In this document: positions 1 to 10,163 of the stretch, piece by piece
Numbering within the stretch: position 1 is the stretch's first letter
Layout: every line of letters starts with the position of its first letter
Assembly (NCBI GenBank): GCA_046598255.1
Contig: JBKJIW010000014.1
Span: forward strand, 36,856 to 100,855
Length of the DNA: 64,000 nucleotides
Source: Aeromicrobium sp.
Lineage (GTDB): Bacteria; Actinomycetota; Actinomycetes; Propionibacteriales; Nocardioidaceae
Direction: 5' to 3'
Notes under the pieces: model-generated
Told to the model about the DNA's origin: nothing
The model's database searches: none
The model's input: only the letters and a program-made list of their open reading frames with translations
Translations under genes and position numbers: made by a program

Positions 1-2105
1 ACGGCGCCTACGACTGGCGTCCCGGCGACATCGGCATGCACGTGCTCGTGGCACCGACGAGCCGCCCTCGCGGTGGCTTCACGTCCGCGGTGTTCCGCAC
101 CGTGATGGAGCTGTGCCTGGACGATCCGCGCCGCCACCGGGTCGTCGTCGAGCCCGATGTGCGCAACGACAGGATCGCGGCTCTCAACGCATCCGCAGGG
201 TTCCACGTCATCGGCGAGGTGCACCTGGCCGGCAAGGTCGCCGCGCTGAGCGTCTGCACCCGGGACGACTTCGAGGCCAGTCGCCTCGTCCGCGGCCGGC
301 ACGACGACCGGGACCCGGTCGCGCACCTGACGCCGGAGCCGATGCGGCGCGCCCACCGCTTCCTCGTTGCGAAGGCGATCGGTGAGTTCGCGCACGAGCG
401 GCTGCTCGAGCCACGCCCCGTGGGCGTCGACCACGAGATCGTGTCGCCGGACGGTTCGTCCGTCTACCGGTTCCACGCCCACCGCCACGCCCTCGAGCAC
501 TGGGTCGTCGGCCCATGGTCGATCTCACTGACCGTCGACGGGGTGGAGACCGAGGTCGACGCGCTCGCGTTCATCGTTGAGCACGCCGACGTGCTGGGCA
601 TCCCCGACGCGCTGCTGCCGACGTACCTCGAGGAGATCAGCAGCACGCTCGCCAGTGCCGCCTGGAAGACCGTCCACCGCCGCGTCCCGGTCGCGGACCT
701 CGTCGGCGCCGACTTCCAGGTCATCGAGTCGGCGATGACCGAGGGTCATCCGGCCTTCGTCGCCAACAACGGCCGTATCGGGTACTCGTTGTCGGACTTC
801 GCAGCGTACGCGCCCGAGTCGGGCCGACCGTTCAGCATCGTGTGGGTCGCTGCCCGCCGCACGCTCGCGCACCTGTCGGTCGGCGACGGCCTCGACGAGC
901 AGTCGCTCTACACCGGCGAGCTCGACGCTGCCGCGCACCAGCGCTTCGGAGCCACCCTGCGCGGCCGGGGCCTCGAGCCGACCGACTACCTGCTGATCCC
1001 GGTGCACCCGTGGCAGTGGGAGCACAAGATCGCGATCACGTTCGCGCCCGACCTGGCCCGCGACGACCTCGTCCTGCTCGGGCGGGGGGACGACGAGTAC
1101 CAGGCGCAGCAGTCGATCCGGACGTTCTTCAACACGTCCCGGCGCGACCGGCACTACGTCAAGACCGCGCTGTCGATCCAGAACATGGGCTTCATGCGGG
1201 GGCTGTCACCGCGCTACATGCGGGCCACCCCGGCCATCAACGACTGGGTGGCCGGGCTGGTGGAGTCCGACCCGGAGCTGCAGGCCACCGGTTTCGGCGT
1301 GCTGCGCGAGCGGGCGGCGATCGGCTACACCGGCGATGCGTACCACCGCCTCGCCACGGGGTCCCCGTACACCACGATGCTCGCGGCGCTGTGGCGGGAG
1401 AGCCCCGAGGCCCGGCTGCGCGACGGCGAGCGGCTCGCGACGATGGCCTCGCTGCTGCACCGCGACCACGACGGTGCGTCCTACGTGGCCGCCCTGATCC
1501 GCGCTTCGTTGGTCGAGCCGCACGAGTGGGTTCGCCGCTACCTGACGGCGTACGTGCGCCCGATCGTGCACTGCCTGCACCGGTACGAGCTGGCGTTCAT
1601 GCCGCACGGGGAGAACCTCATCCTCGTGCTGGAGGACCATGCCCCGACACGGGTCCTGATGAAGGACATCGGCGAGGAGATCGCGGTGCTGGGCGACCTC
1701 CCGCTGCCCGCCGACGTCGAACGGGTGCGCGCCGACGTGCCGGAGCGGATGAAGGCGCTGTCGGTGCTGACCGACGTCTTCGACGGGTTCCTGCGGTTCC
1801 TGGCCGCGATCCTGGCCGAGGACGGGCTGCTGGCCGCGGACGACTTCTGGGCGGTCGTCGCCGGGGTGATCGCCGAGCACCAGGCCGATCACCCCGAGCT
1901 GGCCGAGGCGTTCGCACGGATCGACCTGTTCGCGCCGGAGTTCGACCACTCGTGCCTCAACCGGCTCCAGCTGCGCGACACCCGGCAGATGGTCGACATC
2001 GCCGACCAGGCCGACTCGCTGCTGTTCGCGGGCACGCTGGTCAACCCCATCGCGAAGAAGCGCCCGCCAGGGGCCGATCCTCAGGACGAGGCCCACGACG
2101 ACTGA
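1..2105 (+). CDS. NRPS-independent siderophore synthetase (IucA/IucC family) fused to an N-terminal GNAT acyltransferase; 5' truncated by the window edge
   Basis: Frame is open from position 3 (GAYDWRPGDIGMHVLVAP). RVVVEPDVRN is an AlcB/IucB-type acyltransferase motif. EGHPAFVANNGRIG, PVHPWQW, AQQSIRTF, PHGEN and SCLNRLQL are IucA/IucC motifs. Confidence 0.9.
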   Translation, partial: GAYDWRPGDIGMHVLVAPTSRPRGGFTSAVFRTVMELCLDDPRRHRVVVEPDVRNDRIAALNASAGFHVIGEVHLAGKVAALSVCTRDDFEASRLVRGRHDDRDPVAHLTPEPMRRAHRFLVAKAIGEFAHERLLEPRPVGVDHEIVSPDGSSVYRFHAHRHALEHWVVGPWSISLTVDGVETEVDALAFIVEHADVLGIPDALLPTYLEEISSTLASAAWKTVHRRVPVADLVGADFQVIESAMTEGHPAFVANNGRIGYSLSDFAAYAPESGRPFSIVWVAARRTLAHLSVGDGLDEQSLYTGELDAAAHQRFGATLRGRGLEPTDYLLIPVHPWQWEHKIAITFAPDLARDDLVLLGRGDDEYQAQQSIRTFFNTSRRDRHYVKTALSIQNMGFMRGLSPRYMRATPAINDWVAGLVESDPELQATGFGVLRERAAIGYTGDAYHRLATGSPYTTMLAALWRESPEARLRDGERLATMASLLHRDHDGASYVAALIRASLVEPHEWVRRYLTAYVRPIVHCLHRYELAFMPHGENLILVLEDHAPTRVLMKDIGEEIAVLGDLPLPADVERVRADVPERMKALSVLTDVFDGFLRFLAAILAEDGLLAADDFWAVVAGVIAEHQADHPELAEAFARIDLFAPEFDHSCLNRLQLRDTRQMVDIADQADSLLFAGTLVNPIAKKRPPGADPQDEAHDD

Positions 2106-2128
2106 GCATCACCCGCGCCCGGTGGGTG

Positions 2129-3088
2129 CTACGGCGTCAGGAGGACCTTGCCGGTGGCGCGGCGCTCGTCGAGCGTCAGCAGTGCGGCCGCCGCCTCGGC
2201 CAGCGGGAACGTCGGACCGACGACCGGCTGCAGGGCCCCGCTGGCCAGGTGGGGCTCCAGGGCGGCCCACTCCGTGGCGATGTGGCCGGGCCGCTGCAGG
2301 ACGTATGCGCCCCAGCCAACGCCGACGACCGACACGTTGTTGAGCAGCAGCCGGTTGACCTTGACGGTCGGGATGTCGCCGGCGGTGAAGCCGATGACGA
2401 GCAGCCGCCCGTCGTCCTTGAGGCAGCGCAGGGAGTCCGTGAAGCGATCGCCTCCCACGGGATCGACCACGAGGTCGACCTTGCCGCCAGTCAACGTGGC
2501 GTCCTTGAAGCCGTCGGCCAGGACGAACTCGTCGGCCCCGGCCTCCAGGGCGATGGCGCCCTTCTCGGCGGTCGAGGTCACGGCGACGACCCGTCCCGCG
2601 CCGAACGCCTTGGCGACCTGGATCGAGGCGGTTCCGATGCCGCCCGCGGCACCTTGCACCAGCACCGACTCGCCGGCCTGCAGGTGGCCGCGCTCGACCA
2701 GCGCGAAGTAGGCCGTGCCGTAGTTGAAGATGATCGACGCGCCCTGCTCGTACGACACGGAGTCGGGCAGCTTGAAGGTCTCGGTGACGGGGGCGACGGC
2801 CTGCTCGGCGAACCCGCCCAGCAGGCAGAGGGCAGCGACCCGGTCGCCCGGCGCGAAGCCGGACCCGTCAGGGGCGCTGATGATCTCGCCGGCGATCTCG
2901 GCACCCGGGGTGAACGGCAGGTCGGGCTTCATCTGGTAGAGCCCGCGCGACTGCAGCACCTCAGGGAACGCGACGCCGGCTGCATGGACGCGGATCAGCA
3001 CGTGGCCGTCGTTCGGGGTGGGGGCCGGGACGTCGAGGAGCTCGACCGCCGAGGGCCCGTCGAGCGTGGTGATCTGGATCGCCTTCAT
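2129..3088 (-). CDS. NADPH:quinone oxidoreductase (MDR/zeta-crystallin family)
   Basis: MKAIQ start, PFTPGAEIAG, GAAGGIG nucleotide-binding motif, C-terminal TGKVLL. Leaderless -10 TATCGT lies 6 nt upstream. Confidence 0.9.
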   Translation of the reverse strand: MKAIQITTLDGPSAVELLDVPAPTPNDGHVLIRVHAAGVAFPEVLQSRGLYQMKPDLPFTPGAEIAGEIISAPDGSGFAPGDRVAALCLLGGFAEQAVAPVTETFKLPDSVSYEQGASIIFNYGTAYFALVERGHLQAGESVLVQGAAGGIGTASIQVAKAFGAGRVVAVTSTAEKGAIALEAGADEFVLADGFKDATLTGGKVDLVVDPVGGDRFTDSLRCLKDDGRLLVIGFTAGDIPTVKVNRLLLNNVSVVGVGWGAYVLQRPGHIATEWAALEPHLASGALQPVVGPTFPLAEAAAALLTLDERRATGKVLLTP

Positions 3089-3108
3089 GCCCCGACGATA
3101 GCGCACCG

Positions 3109-3124
3109 CTAAGCGCTTGCTTAG
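3109..3124. promoter_or_regulatory. Palindromic operator CTAAGC-N4-GCTTAG between divergent promoters
   Basis: Perfect 6-bp inverted repeat centred in the 60-bp divergent intergenic region. Confidence 0.55.
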
Positions 3125-3148
3125 GGCAATCAGCCGTACTGTTCTTCC

Positions 3149-3739
3149 ATGGATCCGATCGACCTGACCATCGCGCGGTGGATGGCCGATCACCGCAGTG
3201 AACCGGTCACCCAGGTGTGCCGCTTCCTGGAGGACCTCGGCACCGATCGCGGAGTCTTCACCCTGGTCGCGCTCGGTGTCCTGGTCGTCGTCGCCGTGCT
3301 GCGGCTGTGGTGGGGCCTGCTCAGCGTCTTCCTGGCCTGGTTCGCCGCCGTGATCGTGATGACGCCGCTGAAGGACCTGTTCGATCGTCCACGTCCGCCG
3401 GCCGACCTCACGATCACCACGCTGCAGGGCTCGTCCTTCCCGTCGACCCACGCGATCATCACGTCGGCGGCGGTGGTCGCGGTGCTGATGGCTCGCTGGT
3501 GGACGTCATCTCGTCTGCGCCGCGCCGCAGCCGTCCTCGGACTCCTGCTGGTCGTCTCCTCGGGCGCTGCGATGGTCTACCTGGGTGGCCACTGGACCAC
3601 GGACGTCCTGGCCGGATGGGTCGTCGGTGTCGTGGTCGCCGGCGGGGTGATGCTGGTGTGGCGCCGGCTGCCGGTGCCCGGCGGCAACCGGCCCGTCAGG
3701 CCGCGGGTGCCGGGCCGCAAGCCCGGCATCGTCTCGTAG
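3149..3739 (+). CDS. PAP2 family phosphatase
   Basis: KxxxxRPRP, SFPSTH and YLGGHWTTDVLAG motifs plus hydrophobic helices. Confidence 0.85.
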   Translation: MDPIDLTIARWMADHRSEPVTQVCRFLEDLGTDRGVFTLVALGVLVVVAVLRLWWGLLSVFLAWFAAVIVMTPLKDLFDRPRPPADLTITTLQGSSFPSTHAIITSAAVVAVLMARWWTSSRLRRAAAVLGLLLVVSSGAAMVYLGGHWTTDVLAGWVVGVVVAGGVMLVWRRLPVPGGNRPVRPRVPGRKPGIVS

Positions 3740-3764
3740 GGGTCCGGCAGGGGACAATGGCCCG

Positions 3765-6308
3765 ATGCGCCTCATCGACCTGCTCCCGAAGACGGGAGCG
3801 GCCTACGACGAGGACGCCGTCTATGGCGCGATCACCGAGTGGGTCGAGTCGCGGGGCCTGACGCTGTACCCCGCCCAGGACGAGGCGATCCTCGAGTGCG
3901 TCGCCGGATCCAACGTCGTGCTGGCGACCCCGACCGGCTCTGGCAAGAGCCTGGTGGCGACCGGCGCGATGGCCGCGGCCCTGGCGCGCGGCGAGTGCAG
4001 CGTCTACACCGCACCCATCAAGGCGCTCGTCAGCGAGAAGTTCTTCGACCTGTGCGAGATCTTCGGCGCCGAGAACGTCGGCATGGTCACGGGCGACGCC
4101 GCAGTCAACGCCGACGCCCCGATCATCGCCGCGACGGCCGAGATCCTCGCCAACATGGCGCTGCGCGAGGGGTCGGACGCCGACATCGGTCTCGTGGTGA
4201 TGGACGAGTTCCACTTCTACTCCGATCCCGATCGCGGCTGGGCCTGGCAGGTGCCCCTGATCGAGCTGCCGACGGTCCAGTTCCTCCTGATGTCGGCGAC
4301 CCTCGGCGACACGACGAAGCTCGAGGCCGACCTGAGCCGCCGGACGGGGCGCGAGACGGTGGTCGTCAGCTCCACCGAGCGTCCGGTGCCGCTCGTCAGC
4401 GAGTACGTGTCGACGCCCGTGCAGGAGACCCTCGAGCAGCTGATCGAGACCGGTCAGACCCCTGTCTACGTCGTCCACTTCACGCAGCTGTCCGCGCTCG
4501 AACGTGCGCAGGCGCTGACCAGCATCAAGGTCGCCACCCGCGAGGAGCGCGACGTCATCGCCGAGGCGCTCGGCGACTTCCGCTTCTCGTCGGCGTTCGG
4601 CAAGACGCTGTCGCGCCTCATCCGCATGGGCGTGGGCGTGCACCACGCCGGGATGCTCCCGCGCTACCGCCGACTCGTCGAGACGCTGACCCAGCAGGGG
4701 CTCCTCAAGGTCGTCTGCGGCACCGACACCCTCGGCGTCGGCATCAACGTCCCGATCCGTACGGTCCTGTTCAGCGGGCTGTCCAAGTACGACGGCACCC
4801 GGCAGCGTCAGCTGCAGGTGCGCGAGTTCCAGCAGATCGCCGGTCGGGCCGGCCGCGCCGGCTACGACACGATCGGCCACGTCGTCGTCGAGGCGCCGGA
4901 GCACGAGATCGAGAACGCGCGCCTGGTCCGCAAGGCTGGCGACGACCCCAAGAAGCTCAAGCGCATCCAGCGCAAGAAGCCGCAGGAGGGCTTCGTGTCC
5001 TGGGGCCAGGGGACGTTCGCGAAGCTGTCCACCGGCACGCCCGAGTCGCTCGTCTCGCGGATGAAGGTCAGCCACGCCATGGTGCTCGACGTCGTCTCGC
5101 GGCCCGGCGACGCCCGCGCGTCGCTGGAGCGGCTGCTGCGCGAGAGCGGCGAGACGCAGGAGTCGCAGGACAAGATGCTCGCCCAGGTCGACGAGATCAT
5201 CGAGGCTCTCCTGGCCGGCGAGGTCGTCGAGCGCATCGACCCTCCCGACCACGAGGGCCGCACGCTGCAGCTCACGATCGACCTGCAGGCCAACTTCGCC
5301 CTCAACCAGCCGCTGTCGCCGTTCGCCGTCGCCTCGCTCGACCTGCTCGACCGTGAGTCGCCGACGTACGCCCTCGACGTCGTGTCCGTCGTCGAGGCGA
5401 CGCTGGACGACCCGCGACCGATCATCAACGCGCAGCGGCACCGGGCCCGCGGCGAGGCCATCAACGAGATGAAGATGGACGGCATCGAGTACGACGAGCG
5501 GATGGAGCTGCTGGAGGAGATCACCCACCCCAAGCCGCTGGAGGAGCTGCTCACCGCCGCCTACGAGACGTACCGGGGCGGACACCCGTGGGTCGCCGAT
5601 CACGAGCTGCGGCCCAAGTCGGTCGTCCGGGAGATGTGGGAGCGGGCCATGACGTTCTCCGAGCTGGTCGGCGACTACCAGCTCGCGCGGTCGGAGGGGC
5701 TCGTGCTCCGCTACCTGTCCGACGTCTACAAGACCCTTGGCCGCACGGTTCCCGAGAAGGCCCGCAACACCGAGCTGGAGGACCTCACCGAGTGGCTCGG
5801 CGAGCTCGTCCGGCAGACCGACTCCTCCCTGCTCGACGAGTGGGAGGACCTCATCGCCCCGGGCGTCGACCCGCTCGACGTCCGCCCGCAGGCGATGGCG
5901 AGCGAGAAGCCGCGTCCCGTCACGGGCAACACCCGGGCGTTCCGGGTGCTGGTGCGCAACGCGATGTTCCGCCGGGTCGAGCTGGCGGCGTTCGGCCGCT
6001 GGACCGAGCTGGCCGACCTCGACGGCGAGGACGGCTGGGACGCGCAGGCCTGGACGGACGCGATGGCGGCCTACCGCGAGGAGTACCCGGCGGTCACCGG
6101 TTTCGCGACGAACATCGGGACGGGACCAGGATCCCGCGGCCCGGAGCTGTTCATGGTCGAGGAGGGGTCGACGACCTGGACCGTCCGCCAGACGTTCGAT
6201 GATCCCGAGGGCGATCGGGACTGGGGCATCAGCGCGACCGTCGACCTGGCGCTGTCGGACGAGATCGGCGAAGCCGCCGTGACGGTGACGGCTGTCGGCC
6301 CCCGCTGA
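3765..6308 (+). CDS. Ski2-like DEAD/DEAH-box helicase with DUF3516-type C-terminus
   Basis: PTGSGKS, DEFH, SAT and QIAGRAGR motifs; WTVRQTFDDPEGDRDWGI tail. Confidence 0.9.
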   Translation: MRLIDLLPKTGAAYDEDAVYGAITEWVESRGLTLYPAQDEAILECVAGSNVVLATPTGSGKSLVATGAMAAALARGECSVYTAPIKALVSEKFFDLCEIFGAENVGMVTGDAAVNADAPIIAATAEILANMALREGSDADIGLVVMDEFHFYSDPDRGWAWQVPLIELPTVQFLLMSATLGDTTKLEADLSRRTGRETVVVSSTERPVPLVSEYVSTPVQETLEQLIETGQTPVYVVHFTQLSALERAQALTSIKVATREERDVIAEALGDFRFSSAFGKTLSRLIRMGVGVHHAGMLPRYRRLVETLTQQGLLKVVCGTDTLGVGINVPIRTVLFSGLSKYDGTRQRQLQVREFQQIAGRAGRAGYDTIGHVVVEAPEHEIENARLVRKAGDDPKKLKRIQRKKPQEGFVSWGQGTFAKLSTGTPESLVSRMKVSHAMVLDVVSRPGDARASLERLLRESGETQESQDKMLAQVDEIIEALLAGEVVERIDPPDHEGRTLQLTIDLQANFALNQPLSPFAVASLDLLDRESPTYALDVVSVVEATLDDPRPIINAQRHRARGEAINEMKMDGIEYDERMELLEEITHPKPLEELLTAAYETYRGGHPWVADHELRPKSVVREMWERAMTFSELVGDYQLARSEGLVLRYLSDVYKTLGRTVPEKARNTELEDLTEWLGELVRQTDSSLLDEWEDLIAPGVDPLDVRPQAMASEKPRPVTGNTRAFRVLVRNAMFRRVELAAFGRWTELADLDGEDGWDAQAWTDAMAAYREEYPAVTGFATNIGTGPGSRGPELFMVEEGSTTWTVRQTFDDPEGDRDWGISATVDLALSDEIGEAAVTVTAVGPR

Positions 6309-6353
6309 GGCGTTCCCATTCGGGTGCGGTGCTGTGCGTCCCGGTGCAGTGCG

Positions 6354-7145
6354 TCAGCCGGCGAGCGAGCCGCCGAAGATCTGCCAGGCGAGGGCTGACT
6401 TGGCGACCAGGCTGAGGACCAGGTAGACCTTCTCGCCGAAGGCATAGTCGCGCCAGCGACCGATCTCGCGGTACTGCAGCCACTGGTTGACGGCGAATCC
6501 CGAGAAGAAGATCAGCAGGGAGAAGAAGATGCCGACGACGAACCCGGGAGATCCGTCGGACCCGAGGAAGTTGACCGCGATCGCGACCCACGGGGCAGCG
6601 CCGGCGACGGTGCCGAACCAGAAGGGCAGCATCGTGGTCGTCTCACGACCCGGTGGGTTCATCCGCTCCTGCAACCAGCCGAAGAGGATCATCGCGACGT
6701 TGGCGCCGACGACCGCGATGACCGCGGTGACGTCGGTGACGCCGAAGTAGAAGCCGATCAGGACGATCATGATCGAGGCGCTGACCGAGTACTCGACCCA
6801 TCGGAACCGGTTGATCCCGCGGCGCAGGTCGGACTCGTAGGTGGCGCGGCCCACCGTCGCGGTGATGAGGTGGTCGGCCGCCGCGAGGAACAGGAAGACC
6901 GCGATCGCCACACCGATGCTGATGTCGACCAGCGTGTCCGGCGCCGGCGTCGTCGTGCCCGGAGGGCCGGTCGGGAAGGTCGACGTGATCGCGATGGCGA
7001 AGCCGTTGCCGAGCACCAGGATCGCGACGGCCTGGGCAGCGTGCAGCACGGTCAGGCCCAGGTTCCAACTGCGCAGACCTGCCAGGGCCTGATCGGTGAC
7101 GCCGGAGGCCTCGGTGGCAGTGGGGTGGGGATCGGCGTGGCTCAT
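6354..7145 (-). CDS. Heliorhodopsin
   Basis: Seven hydrophobic segments, LHAAQ (TM1 His), DHL (TM2 His), NRFRWVEYSVSAS (counterion Glu) and YLVLSLVAKSALAWQ (retinal-binding Lys). Confidence 0.93.
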   Translation of the reverse strand: MSHADPHPTATEASGVTDQALAGLRSWNLGLTVLHAAQAVAILVLGNGFAIAITSTFPTGPPGTTTPAPDTLVDISIGVAIAVFLFLAAADHLITATVGRATYESDLRRGINRFRWVEYSVSASIMIVLIGFYFGVTDVTAVIAVVGANVAMILFGWLQERMNPPGRETTTMLPFWFGTVAGAAPWVAIAVNFLGSDGSPGFVVGIFFSLLIFFSGFAVNQWLQYREIGRWRDYAFGEKVYLVLSLVAKSALAWQIFGGSLAG

Positions 7146-7205
7146 GTCCTGACCGTATCCGAGAGGCGGGAGCCTGCGCGGCCGGCCGATCGTGGCTTGC
7201 CCGGC

Positions 7206-8531
7206 CTAGCGGCGGGTCAGCTTGAGGGGGGCCTTGTCACCCGGGACGTTCGTGATGTTGCGCAGCTTGTTGGGGGCCACGGCGTCGGCGTGCACCTCGA
7301 AGCGCTGCAGCACCTCACGCAGCACGACGGTGCCCTCCATCAGCGAGAACGCCGCACCGATGCAGCGACGCACCCCTCCGCCGAACGGGATCCACGTGTT
7401 GGGGGCGATCTTGTCGACCAGGAAGCGGTCGGGGTCGAACGTGTGCGAGTCGGCGAAGCTGGCCTCGCGGCTGTGCGACAAGATGATCGACGGCGCGACG
7501 GTGGTGCCCCTGGGCAGCAGTCGTCCCGCGACCACCTGGTCGCTCTGCAGGGTGCGGGCGACGAAGTCGATGATGGGGTGCAGGCGCATCCCCTCCTTGA
7601 GGCAGGCCTCGAGGAAGGCGTCGTCGCCGGCATCAGCCGCGGCCGTGGCCCGGGCCAGCAGCTCGGGGGAGCGGCCGAGCTCGTGCAGCGTCCACGACAG
7701 TGCCGAGGCCGTGGTCTCGTGTCCGGCCAGCAGCAGCGTCACCAGCTGGTCGCGCATCTCGACGTCGCTGAGCGGGGCCTCGTCCCCGGCGTCGTCGTCA
7801 CCGACGCGCAGCAGCCGGGACAGGACGTCGTCGCGACCTTCGAGGTCGTGCGCCTCCCGCCGCTCGGCGATCTCGGCGAACAGGATCGCGTCGACCTCCT
7901 GCTGGTTGCGGAAGTAGCCGCGCCACGGCGGCAGCGCGAACAGGCGCGGGTACGACCAGGCGAGCAGCATCTTGGCGTCGATGTTCACCATGCGGTTGAC
8001 CTTGGGACGCAGCACGGCGAGACGCTGCTCGTCGGTGACGCCGAAGACGACCTGCAGGATGACGTCGAGGGTGATGGCGTTCATCCGGTCGAGCGTCACG
8101 AGCGTGTCGCCGTCGCGCCACGAGTCGACCTCGACCTTGGTGATCGCCTCGACGAGCGGCCGGTACGAGCGCATCGACGGCCCGGTGAAGGCCGGCATCA
8201 GCAGCTTGCGGGCGCGCTGATGCTCGAGGTCGTCGGTCAGGAGCACCGACCGACGTCCCATGACCGGCTTGAGGATCTCGTTGCCCTTGCCGGCGTGGAA
8301 CTGCGACGGGTCGGCCGCGAAGATCTCCTTGATGTCGGCCGGGTCGCTGAACACGACGAGCGTGCGCGGCCCGGGCAGGATCCGGATCGTGAAGGTGTCG
8401 CCGAACTCGCGGTGGAAGCCGGGGACGAGTCGGTCCCGGTTGCGCAGGAACTTCCAGGTCATGAGCGCCGGATGGGTCGTCGGACCGTCCGGGATGTCGT
8501 ACGTCGTGGTGTCGTCCGGCGCCTCGGTCAT
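7206..8531 (-). CDS. Cytochrome P450
   Basis: AGHETT I-helix, EGMR (ExxR) and PFGGGVRRCIG heme motif. Confidence 0.95.
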   Translation of the reverse strand: MTEAPDDTTTYDIPDGPTTHPALMTWKFLRNRDRLVPGFHREFGDTFTIRILPGPRTLVVFSDPADIKEIFAADPSQFHAGKGNEILKPVMGRRSVLLTDDLEHQRARKLLMPAFTGPSMRSYRPLVEAITKVEVDSWRDGDTLVTLDRMNAITLDVILQVVFGVTDEQRLAVLRPKVNRMVNIDAKMLLAWSYPRLFALPPWRGYFRNQQEVDAILFAEIAERREAHDLEGRDDVLSRLLRVGDDDAGDEAPLSDVEMRDQLVTLLLAGHETTASALSWTLHELGRSPELLARATAAADAGDDAFLEACLKEGMRLHPIIDFVARTLQSDQVVAGRLLPRGTTVAPSIILSHSREASFADSHTFDPDRFLVDKIAPNTWIPFGGGVRRCIGAAFSLMEGTVVLREVLQRFEVHADAVAPNKLRNITNVPGDKAPLKLTRR

Positions 8532-8620
8532 GTCAGGCCACCATCTGCCGGGGAAGAGCACGGTGGGCAGATGACGGCCCGACCGGCACTGAACTGTTCA
8601 CTCGCTGGCGCTCGCTCATG

Positions 8621-10087
8621 TCAGGCCGCGTGTTCCCAGGCGAAGTCCGGCACGTTGACCTTGCGGGTCTCCCACCAGTACTGGAACGTGAACTTCGGCC
8701 AGATCGTGCGGTTCTTGCCGTGGCTGTCGAGGTACCAGCTGGTGCAGCCGCCCTGGGTCCAGATCCCCTTCTCGACGAGGCGCTGGATCTCGATGTTGAA
8801 CTCGGTCTGCGCCTCCTTCGTGGGCTCGGCCGCGACCGCTCCACGCTGGTCGAGCTCGTCGAGCAGCCGGATGATGAACTTGGTCTGCTGCTCGATCATG
8901 AACACGACCGAGTTGTGGCCGAGGGCCGTGTTGGGTCCGAGCATGAACGCCAGGTTGGGGAACTGGTTGATCATGATGCCCATGTAGGTCTCGACGCCGC
9001 CCTCGCGGAAGGTCGCGGCCAGGTCGGCGCCGTTCTTGCCCTTGACGTCCAGGTAGTCGAACGCGTCGACGACGTGGAAGCCGGTGCCGTAGATGATGAC
9101 GTCGGCCTCGTGGAAGACGCCGTTGCCGTCGACGACACCGTCCTTCGTGATCTCCGTGACGCCGTCCGTGCTGAGCTCGACGTTGTCGCGCAGGAAGGTC
9201 GGGTAGTACGTGTTGGACTGCAGGACGCGCTTGCAGCCGAGGCGGTAGTCAGGCGTCAGCTTGGCGCGCAGCTCGGGATCGGGGATGGCGTTCGCCATGT
9301 GGCGCTTGACGACCTTCTCGGCCACCGGCAGCACGTTGAGGTGGCCGTTGAACGCGATCGCGCGGGCCTCGAGACCCCAGTAGAGGCTGTTGCGATACGC
9401 GCGCTGGGCGCCGGGCACCGTCGCGAACACCTTCTTGCGCCAGCCGGCGGTGGACTTGTCCTTCTTGGGCAGCACCCACGGGGGCGTGCGCTGGAAGACC
9501 GTGAGCTGGCCGGCCTGCTCGGCGATGATCGGGACGAACTGGATCGCGCTGGCGCCCGTGCCGATCACGACGACCTTCTTGCCGGTCAGGTCGACCGAGT
9601 GGTCCCAGGAGGCCGAGTGGAACCTCGGCCCCTCGAACGTCTCGGCACCGGTGATCTCGGGGATGTTCGGGATGTGCAGGCCGCCCACGCCGGCCACGAC
9701 GAAGCGGGCCTCGTAGTCCTCGCCGGACGCCGTGCGGACGGTCCAGACCTTGCGGTCCTCGTCCCAGGCGGCCCCGGTGACCTCGACGCCGAAGTCGATG
9801 TAGGGGCGGATCCCCTGCTCGTCGGCGACCTTTCGCATGTAGGCCCAGATCTCCGCCTGCCCGGAGAAGCTCTTGCTCCAGTCGGTGTTGAGCTCGTACG
9901 AGAACGAGTACATGTGGCTGGGGATGTCGCACTCGCAGCCGGGGTAGGTGTTGTCGCGCCAGGTGCCGCCGACGTCCGATGCCTTCTCGAGGACGACGAA
10001 GTCCTCGCGGCCGGATGCCCGCAGCTTCATGGCCATTCCCATGCCGGAGAAGCCAGTGCCGATGATGACGATGTCCTTTTTGATCAC
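8621..10087 (-). CDS. Flavin-containing monooxygenase (Baeyer-Villiger type)
   Basis: GTGFSG, GGTWRDNTYPGCECD, FxGxxFHSASW fingerprint and GTGASA. Confidence 0.92.
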   Translation of the reverse strand: MIKKDIVIIGTGFSGMGMAMKLRASGREDFVVLEKASDVGGTWRDNTYPGCECDIPSHMYSFSYELNTDWSKSFSGQAEIWAYMRKVADEQGIRPYIDFGVEVTGAAWDEDRKVWTVRTASGEDYEARFVVAGVGGLHIPNIPEITGAETFEGPRFHSASWDHSVDLTGKKVVVIGTGASAIQFVPIIAEQAGQLTVFQRTPPWVLPKKDKSTAGWRKKVFATVPGAQRAYRNSLYWGLEARAIAFNGHLNVLPVAEKVVKRHMANAIPDPELRAKLTPDYRLGCKRVLQSNTYYPTFLRDNVELSTDGVTEITKDGVVDGNGVFHEADVIIYGTGFHVVDAFDYLDVKGKNGADLAATFREGGVETYMGIMINQFPNLAFMLGPNTALGHNSVVFMIEQQTKFIIRLLDELDQRGAVAAEPTKEAQTEFNIEIQRLVEKGIWTQGGCTSWYLDSHGKNRTIWPKFTFQYWWETRKVNVPDFAWEHAA

Positions 10088-10090
10088 CTT

Positions 10091-10111
10091 TCAGATACTA
10101 TCGGTATCTGA
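10091..10111. promoter_or_regulatory. Probable TetR operator TCAGATAC-N5-GTATCTGA
   Basis: Perfect 8-bp inverted repeat overlapping the monooxygenase -10 (TAGTAT), between it and a divergent tetR. Confidence 0.75.
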
Positions 10112-10163
10112 GTACGAAGCAACCGTGTTCTGGGCCACGCGGTCCGATCAGCGAGGAGCCAGG

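Noticed and set aside
8590-8600. TGAAC-T-GTTCA palindrome upstream of the P450
   Set aside because: Too short to distinguish from chance, and it does not match the TetR operator at 10091.
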